DNA from: Psammoneis japonica
Taxonomy: Eukaryota
Length of the DNA: 64,000 bases
Reading direction: 5' to 3'
Assembly: GCA_008632985.1 (NCBI GenBank)
Contig: QPGO01000070.1
Coordinates: forward strand, 62,001 to 126,000
Below, in pieces: positions 39,646 through 50,232 of the stretch. Position 1 is the first letter of the stretch; each line of letters opens with the position of its first letter. The notes under the pieces were generated by a model. That model searched no databases and was not told the origin of the DNA. It saw only the letters and a program-made list of their open reading frames with translations. The position numbers and the translations under genes are program-made.

Positions 39646-40511
39646 ATGTTGATCTCCAGAGTATCACGAAAGCTCAAGAAAAAGTCCAAAAGTAGGGACC
39701 TGAGGGATGTTACAAACCGTCATGATCAAGAACCGACAAGAAGCAATGTGCAAACAAAGCAAGCATTGACGACTACTCCACCAAGTCAATCACCTCCGAA
39801 CGTCCTATTATAACTCCTGAAACGAAGAAGAAGATTATAACTCCAGAAGCAACCAAGACGCCGCTCAAAACTCCAATCAAACAGTCTCCAATCAAGCAAC
39901 AGTCTCCTCCCAAGACACCGACCATTTCCTTGGAACAAGCACGCGAGGAACTCGAGCGGGTGTTGAAAGATGCCTATAAGGGTATTGAGCACGCCCAAAA
40001 GGAAGAATCCGTTGCCGCGTCCGAACTCGAACGCATTTCCAAGGAGGAAGTACAAGCCCGCAGTATTTACGAGACTGCCGATCCCACCACCATGGAACGC
40101 TTTGTCCGCTCCTCTCTCAAGCAGTATTGGCGCTTGGCTCAAAAACGCGAAAAGGCGGCCCATCGGACGTTACAAGCCTCCAAGCGTGCCGTGGATGAAG
40201 CCAAGGATGTCTTTGAGTGGACACTGGTGGGGGCGTTGGAACAAGTGCAGCGTGCGAAATTGCAACAACAACAAAAAGATGAAAACGAAAATCAAGACGA
40301 TAACGACGACGATGCATCGACACTCTCGACCGAGGAGGAATCACGCACGCCGTCTCCCAGCTACCTTGCCAACTATGGAGGAGGAGAAGAGGAAGAACGC
40401 CCGAGCCGCATGTTTGGCATGTTTGATGCCAAAGAGTATCTTCAGAAAATGGAAATTGAAGCCTCTGAAGTGGAGAGTGGAGACGAAATGACGCCGTATG
40501 AGCGATACTAA
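39646..40511 (+). CDS. Short coiled-coil paralogue of the 33256 gene lacking WD40; apparent 1-nt frameshift at ~39800
   Basis: MLISRVSRKLKKK...SPP continues as RPIITPE...LEQAREEL if one base is added in ccgaacgt. Shares EEVQARSIYE/EEYQARVIYD and RMFGMFDAKEY/RMFGTFSAKEY with the upstream gene. Confidence 0.7.
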
Positions 40512-41138
40512 TGGTATATCAGGGAAACGTCTGTACTGTAGTGCTGTAGTTTTCGGGTCCACGGGGGGAGTCGAAAAGCAGAACGAATTCAGCCAAGGCG
40601 TCTTTTGAAATCGGAGAGGGATTCATGACTGTTTCATCTCAAGATAGATCGAGTAGTAACCTACTTATTTAGATCATGTGTATGTTTCAAATCACTTCCG
40701 ACATACTTAAAGTCTTGTACAAGATTTAGGATGCGCCAAAAAGTAGAGGCGAGAACTCAATATCTACTTCTTAATTAGCACAACAAGATTGACGTACAAT
40801 ACCGTAAGAAAGTAGAAGAATTGTTATGCCTGCGCATAGAAAGAATCACCGTAAGCTTGTTCTAGAGGGGAAAAAAGCATCACGGGGGTTGCAAGAGTGT
40901 GCTAGCAACGTGTAACTAGCGCTGTTTATGCTCTCACTCGAGACTGCGACAGGTAAGTATATTCTCAAACACCTCTCTGTTTTCGTTCGTTTGGTGCATT
41001 TAATAAATGGTCGTCATTGGCTTAAACAACACAAGACATGCAGCAACGTGTACAACTAAGTTTTAGCTCTCGAGACTTTATACAGGCATATTCGTCCAAA
41101 CGGCCAGTCCAAAGTAGTCTCTCTCTCTCGACTTCGTT

Positions 41139-42674
41139 TTAGAGTCCATAAACATGGTCATCATCACTACTCGTATTCCATAGCTTGATGGTTTCATCCA
41201 TGCTGGCAGAACAAAATCCATCTTGGGCTGAAGCTACAGAAACGACATTGGCCTCGTGATGTCCCTCCAATTCTTGCGACACATCCGTCCACAAATTCCA
41301 CAATCTCAGCGATGATCCGTGTGCAATGACAACCATGCTGCTACTTTTCGCTCCCACTAGAGCAACCGAGGTTGGTACATCTTGTTGTTGTTGCTTGAGT
41401 GTTCGAATGGTTTTTCCAGATGCGACATCCCACAACCGAACCGTGCCATCACGAGAGCACGAGACAAAGCGCTCGGCATCCAAAACAACAAGACTGTGAA
41501 TGGCGTCCGTGTGGCCCTTGAATTTCTTGATGCACTTGCCCGTCATCAAATTGTAAAGACGAATCACCTTGTCACTGCCAGCTGCCAAAACACGATCTTG
41601 GTCGTCCAGAGTGGCAACGGTATAAAGTTCGGTATGATGTTGTCCCCGGATGGTGCGAACGCACGTGTTGTTCGATAGCGACCATATCTTGAGGGTCTTG
41701 TCGATACTGGCGGAACAAAAGTGATTTTCGTCAAGACAAGCCAAAGATGTGACTTGATCTTGGTGACCAATAAACGTAAAAAGACAATCATCCGTCGCTA
41801 TATTCCATAGCTTGCACGTGCCATCGTTGGATGCCGTAACGAATAATGATTGATCTTGATTTTTCTCTAGAATGAGTATAGCATTGACTTTGGCCGAATG
41901 TCCATTGTTGTAGGTACGGACACAGCCACCCGCCTCGACGCTCCAACACTGTACCGTCCCATCCATGGATCCAGAAATGATCAAGTCGTTGTTGAGACAT
42001 GCCACGGCACTGGCGGCCACATCGTCTTCAAAGGTTTCTTTCACAGAAACGCTTGCCAAGCACTCGGTCGCCACGGAAAGAGCATCATCATCATCATTAT
42101 CATCTTGGAGCTGCTGTAGGTATTGACGAGATTGTTGTACTTGTTGTGTAGCATTTTTTAATTCATAATCACACACGGCCTTTTGTTCTCGTGCTTGATC
42201 CAACTCATCCAGAGCTTGTTGGAGAGACGTTTCAAACAAGTCCCGTTCCTGCTCGAGTTCGAGTTTGGCTTGTTTCTGAGCTGCCGACGCGGCGTTTTCC
42301 TTGGCCGTGGCGGTTGCGTGGTACTTTGCGGCAATAAAGTTACTCTCCTTGAGATACAAACACGCCTCGTGTTCGTCTTGTGTGGCTTGATTTAATATTA
42401 GGGTAGAGGCACTCAGAACTTGTTTCGATCGATCGAGCTGTGTTTGACGTTCTATGTAGGTTTGTAGTAGAAATTCGCGAGCGTCCTTGATTTCGTGTGC
42501 GGCGGCTTGGGCGTTGCACTTGGCGGTATGCTTGACACCACACGCCAGAGAGTGATAATCCTTGGCAACTTGAGCTGCAAGAATTGCAGTCGAGTCGTCA
42601 CTGTTTCTCGTTAGACTCGGCGGGAGAACAAAACTCGGCTTGTTCTTACGTGACTTTAGAGACAATTGCTTCAT
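41139..42674 (-). CDS. Coiled-coil plus WD40 repeat protein, 511 aa
   Basis: Clear WD repeats (GHQDQVTSL...SASIDKTLKIWS; GHTDAIHSL...SCSRDGTVRLWD); N-terminal helical region similar to the two neighbours. Confidence 0.9.
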   Translation of the reverse strand: MKQLSLKSRKNKPSFVLPPSLTRNSDDSTAILAAQVAKDYHSLACGVKHTAKCNAQAAAHEIKDAREFLLQTYIERQTQLDRSKQVLSASTLILNQATQDEHEACLYLKESNFIAAKYHATATAKENAASAAQKQAKLELEQERDLFETSLQQALDELDQAREQKAVCDYELKNATQQVQQSRQYLQQLQDDNDDDDALSVATECLASVSVKETFEDDVAASAVACLNNDLIISGSMDGTVQCWSVEAGGCVRTYNNGHSAKVNAILILEKNQDQSLFVTASNDGTCKLWNIATDDCLFTFIGHQDQVTSLACLDENHFCSASIDKTLKIWSLSNNTCVRTIRGQHHTELYTVATLDDQDRVLAAGSDKVIRLYNLMTGKCIKKFKGHTDAIHSLVVLDAERFVSCSRDGTVRLWDVASGKTIRTLKQQQQDVPTSVALVGAKSSSMVVIAHGSSLRLWNLWTDVSQELEGHHEANVVSVASAQDGFCSASMDETIKLWNTSSDDDHVYGL

Positions 42675-43002
42675 AGTAGCAACGGTAGCAAGCAGAGAGT
42701 ATAGGTATGATACAGTAAGTTGTTGTCAATGGCATCAGCAACAACAACAACAACAATGATGACAACACCGTTGCCGTTGCGTATATCTTTTTCGAAAAAT
42801 GATGGTAACCCGGACACTGGCCGGCGAAAGATTTGAATTTGAACATTGATTTATTCGCGGTTATTTACAAGTTATTTAAATGACGTTATTACCGTTAATC
42901 TAACGGAGGGTCAAAGCGCACAACCACCGAAAATCGATAGAGGAAAAAGCAACAAACTCTCTTTGCTTTTTTGCCACAACGAACAACGAAACGCCAGCAA
43001 CC

Positions 43003-44162
43003 ATGACGAACAAGAAGCGAAGCAATTCCAATGAACTAAACGATGCTTCTCCCACAAAGAGACTCACCATGGCCGAGGAGGATGCATTGGAACGGAGTCA
43101 GTCCACGAAAGGACGTCGACGATCGAGTCGGCAATTGAATGTATGTAGAATTCAACTCAGAACGCACCGCTGCTGCTTTTTCGTGTAAATCTCATGCACT
43201 TTTTTCTTTTAATCAACTTTTGCAGCGCATTCCAACCGGTGGTATGAGACGATTGCACGAATTATTTGGAAGGACGACTCTCTGTATGACAGTGACGTGA
43301 AAACGACGATGAAGACTCTTGTTGCAGTAGTGATGCTGATGATACTTCCAACAATGCTGTTGTTTTGAATTTTGGAAAACGCTCTCGCTGGAAACGCATT
43401 CACGATTCGCCTCACATTTATGTCATGGACGACTTTTTGAATGAATCGGAAATTCAATACTGCCAAGAGCGCATCCTCAAAACCAAGTTCCAGACATCTG
43501 TCGTGGACAAGTTTGATGATTCTCTGGAAGTAGATCAAGAACAACGAACGTCGACCTTTGTGCATTTTGGTAAAATGCAGCATTCCAAAATCGCCGCCAT
43601 GGAAACGCGAGTTGCCGATTTGTTGGGATTTACCGTCCAACAGCTGGAACCCTTGCAGATTGTACGATACAAGGCGGGACAATTCTTTGGAACGCATCAC
43701 GACATGGGAGTCTTGTACGAGGATGGGAGTGTCGAACTGCCGACCAAGTCGTCGTGTACACCACCACGACGGCTCGTGACGGTTTTTTGTTATCTCAATA
43801 CCGTGGCGAATGGTGGATGCACGTACTTTCCAACACTCAATTTACGAGTACAACCGAAACGAGCACGGGCTGTGCTCTTTTGTAACATTGACAAGTTTGG
43901 CATGCCGGATCCACGAACCGTTCATGCGGGAGAACCCGTTGTTTGGACTGAACCTGATTCGATAGAGACGGATGATTCAACAGCAGCAGAGAACAATTCT
44001 ACAGAGACTGATTCATCAGAGAATGAAGCGCGAAAGGACAGCGAAAAGAAAAGGAAGGATGCCAAGAAGAAGCCTTCGAAACAACGAGATGACGACGAAT
44101 GCAAATCTCTTTTGAATCCCAATGTCAAGTACGGAATCAACATTTGGGCCTGTGAAGACTAA
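43003..44162 (+). CDS. Prolyl 4-hydroxylase-like 2OG-Fe(II) dioxygenase; 5' structure uncertain (intron 43141-43225, then apparent frameshifts)
   Basis: PHIYVMDDFLNESE, RTST, EPLQIVRY, HHD (HxD), RLVTVFCYLN, GGCTYFP, VHAGEPV, KYGINIW. Confidence 0.85.
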
Positions 44163-44503
44163 CAGTCTCTCTCTCTAGAGAGAATAAATGATGGGGGCAA
44201 TCGATGAGTCGGGGCGAGTTGGGTAAGTACCTAGAGAGCTAGAGCATAATCTCCTGCAGACGTTGGGTGTTATGACGAGTACTAATCTTTACTACCTCCC
44301 AATGTTGATTCTACGATATTATTATGTATAACTCGATAGATGTTTCGGGGGCGTTGTCGTGGAAGACCCGCATTGTGAGTTTGGGAGCATATCTCGCCAC
44401 GCGATTGTCCGTTAATCACAAGAAAACCTGAAGCATGGCTGGTGCGCATTTCATGCCTCATTTTGGTACACTGCAGCATATCACAACCGCAATTGCTTAT
44501 ACG

Positions 44504-45328
44504 ATGATAATGATTGACGTTGTGATTGTCCTTGGCCTGGTTGCGAGAGGAGCCCAAGGGTTCATTAGGCCTCTTCTTCCTCACGTTTTGTCGCCTTTGA
44601 AGGCCGTCCAACAAAAGGTTGCAGTGCAGCAAAACCTCGAGCTATATTCATCCTTGTCGGGTAATCAAGATGACGACAAGATGGATAAGTTTATTAATGT
44701 GATGCGAAATACCCTTGAGGGAGGAGTGAATGAAAAAGTTGGGTGCATTCGTGAGCATACGAAAGCGCTGATTGGTGCCACAATCGAATCCTTCGAGACG
44801 GCATATGACTGGTGGATTGATAACGGCACACATGCCACTGGCTACCATGGCTTTGTTTACGGCTGTTGTAGTGATGGCTTCTTGAATCCGGAAGATGACG
44901 ATCTCGAGCCTTATTGGATTCCCAATGACGACTTGCCTTTTCGTCTTTTTTGTGGTGGCGAACGATTTCTAGAAATTGAATGGAGGGATTTCGGCAGACT
45001 GTTTCTATCGAATGAGGCTATGGTACCCAAAGAGGAAATCAAGGACACAAAGATTGACAAAGTTGAAACAAGTCAAACACAACATTTGGAATGGACTCGC
45101 TGGAATCAAGTCGAGGAAATGGACACTTTGATTGGCAGGGAGATTCGGGCGGCTTATCTGGGATGCTGTGCAAATTACTTTTCCACCTCTAGTGTGAGTC
45201 TGAGCGCTTGGAACATCCTAATTTTTGATCTTGGTGATTGCTGGCTCGAGGTTTCCTGTGGCCTGGATGAGAACTATTGCGAAGTACACAACGAGAAACC
45301 CAACTTTCACATGATCAAGTGTGCTTGA
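44504..45328 (+). CDS. Hypothetical protein with possible bipartite (signal plus transit) presequence
   Basis: Intronless ORF in normal DNA; hydrophobic N-terminus ending GAQG|FIRP, resembling the diatom ASAFAP cleavage motif. Confidence 0.65.
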   Translation: MIMIDVVIVLGLVARGAQGFIRPLLPHVLSPLKAVQQKVAVQQNLELYSSLSGNQDDDKMDKFINVMRNTLEGGVNEKVGCIREHTKALIGATIESFETAYDWWIDNGTHATGYHGFVYGCCSDGFLNPEDDDLEPYWIPNDDLPFRLFCGGERFLEIEWRDFGRLFLSNEAMVPKEEIKDTKIDKVETSQTQHLEWTRWNQVEEMDTLIGREIRAAYLGCCANYFSTSSVSLSAWNILIFDLGDCWLEVSCGLDENYCEVHNEKPNFHMIKCA

Positions 45329-45449
45329 CGCAGGCAGACGACAAACAGTGATGCACGGCGGATGAAGTCCATGAAGCTTGATCGTGACTACATTGCTGCA
45401 AACAGTTGCATTTTGCTCGGCGCAGCGATGACAAATAAACCCAAGTGCA

Positions 45450-47397
45450 TTCATCCGATTTGTCTCCTCCAATGTCTTCCGAAAGACGCGCTCTAGCCCT
45501 CTCCACCCTTGCTCCTTGCTGCACCTTTTCTCTCATCCAGGCGCCGTGCAACACGCAACCTCTAGAGAGAGTGTCATGCCAGCTCGCCTTGAGCTTGCCA
45601 TCTGCACCAGCACTGGGGATGCATTCACAATGACACAAGACTGCATGCTTTTGCATTGCCATTGGTCATGCATGCAGCAAAAGCATGAGCTCGGTGGTGC
45701 AGTGTGATGTGTCCCCTCAATTTTAGGATCCGACCCTTGGCACCCACTCATTTCTGTGAGACCACGTCAAAACAATGCAATGATGGTGCACTGTGCTGAA
45801 GCCCTGATGCATCCTTGGCTTTGTGAGGTGGGATCAGGCAGCAGATCTGTGATCATTGCAACAGGCAGGATCATCCTTGGGCTTGGACATGGATTGATGG
45901 CTTCCTGTGCTTTCTCATGGTTGCTGGACTGTTGGTGATCAGTGATTTGATTGTCTGCTGGGTCAAGCCACTGCCAGTGGTTTGTGGCATCTCTGCACAC
46001 AAGAGGAGGCAAGGGGGCACCTGGGGCAAAAGAAGAGGTCTCCACCTCTTCCTTTTGCCAAGAGTGAACAGTCCAGACTCTCCCAGCTGCGCTGCCAATC
46101 ATGCCCCAGACAACTGGAACAAGAATGTGGGTGGCTGTAAAGTGGGAAGAAAGGGTGCCAACAAAGTGACCAGAGGTGCCTGGGCACAAAAAAGTGGTTC
46201 AGACAAGGCATGCAGCATGCAGCAGGTTTTGTCAAAGCAACTGCAAAACTCAAGTGACCATGTTGTGCTCACAGGGGTGCCCTCTTTTGACTCTGTGCAT
46301 CAAGTCTGTCTGAAAAATGCCAATGTCACAAGCATCCCCAAGGCTCTGCCTCATGTTGTTTCACTCAGAACAGAACAGAATTAGAAGGGGTGCACTTTTC
46401 AGAAACTGCAATGGCAAAATGTGACACACCACAATTGAAAGCTGCTGAGCAAGATGACCCTCTGTGAGAAGCAAGTCAAGAGTGTCACAAATCCCCAAAA
46501 GCACACTGTGAATTTTTTGCCAAAAAGCATGTTGAGTGGAAGCAAGTGTGCAAAAATCTCAGACTCCTTTGGTGGCACAAGCAATGTGAAAGATGTGCCA
46601 ATGTCACAGAGCCAGCAGCCAACCACATGCACACAAGACGCGTTCCAGGTCTAGGTGGGACCTCGCACTACTGAACTGTGACATCGATAGTTTTTTGAGT
46701 CTCGTCGTATGTCGCGCACGTAGATTTCTACGTGATTTTTTCGATATTTTGTGTCATTTTACGGTACACTTATTGAGCGATCCGTCCAACAACTTTTGAC
46801 ATTTTTTGTTACAGCGCGATTCTACAATGTCTTAAGAATCGCGTAGGGCAGGCGAAGTTGCAAAAACGTCGAGTGGTAAGAGGCATAATTGTACCACAAA
46901 CTTGGCCGTTTATTTGATGTTGAAGATAAATATATCCATTAATTAAATTCTCGTACTACGGAGCTCGCACGTAGAATTCTACGGGCCCAATGTCACAAGG
47001 AGTCCCACCTAGGGCTGGAACGCGTCACAAGAGGATGGCCAGGCCAGCCAACAATTTTCAAGCTGCGAGAGCAAAGCCCAACAGCAGCAATCTTCAGCAA
47101 GCATGGGCAAAAGGGCTGGGATGAAACAATCTAGTCACAAGATGAGGCTCATGTGCAATTGTGTTGTGCCAGCTTGTGCACTGCAACCAAAGCCATTGGC
47201 AGAAAGCGAAAACAAGTCAGCACACCAAGCAGCATCTTTGCTGTGACAGTGTCACAAGCAAATCAAGACCCCTCTTGAAAAATGTGTCAACCCCACAGCG
47301 TTTGCTGTGGTGAGATGCATCAAAGTGCAGTGTGCATTTTTGATGCAAAATTGGAGCGGTCAGTTGAGTGTTGAGTCGAGCTGAGGCAGCGAGTGTG
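45450..47397. other. TpA/CpG-depleted block 6, interrupted by a pristine MITE
   Basis: Signature present on both sides of 46637-47026. Confidence 0.88.
46637..47026. mobile_element. MITE family A, pristine 390-bp copy, ~25-bp TIRs, 4-bp TSD acaa
   Basis: gacgcgttccaggtctaggtgggac ... gtcccacctagggctggaacgcgtc; acaa at 46633-46636 and 47027-47030; rich in TpA and CpG. Confidence 0.92.
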
Positions 47398-47756
47398 GAC
47401 GGGTTCCAGTCCTAGGTGGGACTCCGTTTGACATTGGGCCCGTAGAATTCTACGTGCGAGCTCCGTAGTACGAGAATTTAATTAATGGATATATTTATCT
47501 TCAACATCAAATAAACGGCCAAGTTTGTGGTACAATTATGCCTCTTGCCACTCGACGTTTTTGCAAATGCGCCTGCCCTACGCGATTCTCGAGACATTGT
47601 AGAATCGCGCGGCAACAAAAAATGTTAAAAGTTGTTGGACGGATCGCTCAATAAGTGTACCGTAAAAAGACACAAAATATCGAAAAAACACGTAGAAATC
47701 TACGTGCGCGACATACGACGTGATTCAAAAAACTGTCGATGTCACAGTTCTGTAGG

Positions 47757-47965
47757 TACGCGCCCTGTGCACTTATGGAGCCCGACGAGGAGGGTTCGGC
47801 CCCGCCGAACCCGACGAGAAGGGTCCAAGCAACGAGGTGGAGACCGACGAGGCGGGTTGTTAGCCCTCCTCGTCGTCCACACGACAAGCTGTGGGTCGTT
47901 CTCGCCATTGTGCAACCCAACGAGAAGGTCGTAACCGAGGCGCGTTGAGTGCACACGGGAGCGTA
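47757..47965. mobile_element. Small GC-rich MITE (family C) nested in MITE A
   Basis: TIRs tacgcgccctgtgcact / agtgcacacgggagcgta; internal ccgacgag repeats; flanks tgtagg / tatagg. Confidence 0.65.
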
Positions 47966-47969
47966 TATA

Positions 47970-49534
47970 GGGTCTCCCGCTGTGAGGATTTTATATATAT
48001 AATTCGACCGTTAACTACTTAGGGAGCGCTTTCATGTGCAAGACTGAAGTACCAAAGTATTGCAAAGAGTACTTTTGTACTGCAGGTTTACTTATTGGCG
48101 ACGGTTTTTGGTGCCGACTGGCAGTCGCGCAATCATTCAAAATTATAAACGGTATATATGATATTTAATTCAAACTTATGATATATATTATATTCATCTC
48201 AGCACCTAAAGCCGTTATTACGATCGAAATTCAAAAACGTTGGTGGGATTGATTCAAATCGACCACGTAGAATTATACATATTGGTATAGTTTAACGGCA
48301 GAATCCTTGTAGTCTACATAGAGACAGTAACGGTTCTACTTACAACCCTTCTACACGATTTTTATACTGACGTACATTTGTGTACATTTTGTACCGAGAA
48401 ATTTTGTTCGACTCCGAACGGTGCGCGGTCGAGTTGATGGCTCATAATTTTTCCGAGCGGCCGATCGACAACCACCGCTCCCTCCGACAATGGCGCTTTT
48501 GGCCGATTTGACCGGTACGACACCGCCTACCGACCCCTACCTTGCTTGCTAGTGTTGCAAACCATTGGGTCGTGCCATGTGAGTGAGCCGCGGCTCTAGA
48601 ATGGGTCAGAATGACTCAAAATGTGGTGAGTTCTGATTCTCGCGGAATCAAGTCTCGTTTTCCCCCGTTCTCGTTCGCAATGGCGCTCACCTTGAACCTC
48701 CTTGTCCCGCATCTTGATGTGTGGGACTCTGAGATGGGGACATCGAAGTCCATGGGTGTGCGCCGTCGCCGTCACCGTTTTTGGCTCCGTCACCGTTCCA
48801 CCATGGTGTGCTGCTTCTGCTCCGGTCCACGCCGTCCTGCCATGGCGCTGCCTCCGTTCTCCAGGCCACTGCCACGACTTTCATGGACTGGACGAGTCAC
48901 TCGATCCCAAGTGCCAACTTTCTGCCATTGCTCGTGCCGATCCACCACCTGCTTTTGTCGTCCTGCTCCGTGGAACCAGCAGACTCTCTTTCATCTGTCG
49001 TTCCTCCCGCCGTTGACGATCCAGGCACCCCAAGTTTTGACCCTGCTGGTGAGTTTCCATTCGTCGTTTGCTCGTTGTTGCTTTGCATTTGTAGAAAGCA
49101 TTCGCAGAAAAGTGTGTTCTCACCTCCTTGTGTTGTTCCATGTCACCGCAGATGTGGTCATTCTGCAGGCGCTGGTGCCATGCTTCTTTGTGCAAAAGTT
49201 TTTGTGCATGCCAATGTCTTCTTGCTTTGTTCTTTTTGTTGAAGACATGGCACTAACTCAAACAGATCTTTTCTCTCTTTTGCGCCCTTGCGGTGTTGTT
49301 GGATTGCTCTCCTTGCGTCTCTCTCCGGCACTTGCATCATTGTCGGTCTCTTCGCTCGTGCTTTGCTCGCGTCGTCTCTTCTCCACGCTCGTTTCCCTTA
49401 ATTTTTGTACGCACGTAATTTCCACACAAATGCCTCATGTGCAGAGTGCCAAAATGCTGCCAAATTGCACAGCAACGGCCGTCAACGGTTTTTAGAATTA
49501 CTTGGGCCCACCCACACTCGAGCAGTGGGAGTCC
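47970..49534. mobile_element. ~1.56-kb non-autonomous insertion (element B) nested in MITE A
   Basis: Imperfect TIRs gggtctcccgctg / cagtgggagtcc; bounded by tata and tgca; interrupts MITE A. Confidence 0.6.
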
Positions 49535-50232
49535 TGCAGTGCGAGGTCCCACCTTCCTAGACCTGGAGCTCGTCTGTGTTTTTGCTGTGGCTGCAGCCAT
49601 TGACACACACCAGCAGGTCATGGCTGGTGGTGGCATGGCACAAAGTTTGTGCTCAAACACACGTGCTCTATTGCCTTGCTCACCAATGCCAGTTTTGTGA
49701 CAATCCTTGAGTTTGTGTGCACTTGCTTTGGAAAAATTGTTGCCCCAACAACAACGCTGCGCACACCACACATCCGTTTCAGGGAACGAGATTGCATTTT
49801 TTCTTTGAGGTGTCTGTCTTCAAGCAAAAAAAGTTGAGTGGAGGACAACATGCACTCATCTGCACTGTCTGGTTGCTGGCAGAAATGGCATGGGCACTCC
49901 CTGCTGCTGGCACAGAAGTTTCAAGTCTTCAGTGGAGAAGTTGGTGTGCACACCTCAGATGAGATTCAGATGTGATTAAAAGGTTTAGTCACATGAGTCG
50001 ACGATTTGGTTACGTTCAAAATTCCAAAATCACACAAGTATGAGAAAAGGATGTGCTGTGCTGTTGTTGAGAGTTTAGATCTTTTTCCTTCGCCCATGGC
50101 ATCGCCGTCTTCTCTCACTTCTTCGTTGCTTCCTCTTATTACAAAGCGTATCCAACATAAACTTTACCATACGTAACAATATCAAGTAAGGAAGAAAAGC
50201 TTCCGCAAATCGCTCAAGTTTGAATACAGTAG

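Larger units (their letters stand above)
47398..49574. mobile_element. MITE family A, inverted copy split by nested insertions, 4-bp TSD tgtg
   Basis: 47398-47754 is the reverse complement of most of 46637-47026. The missing end (gtgcgaggtcccacc...tagacctggagctcgtc) resumes at ~49539-49574. tgtg lies at 47394-47397 and 49575-49578. Confidence 0.88.
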
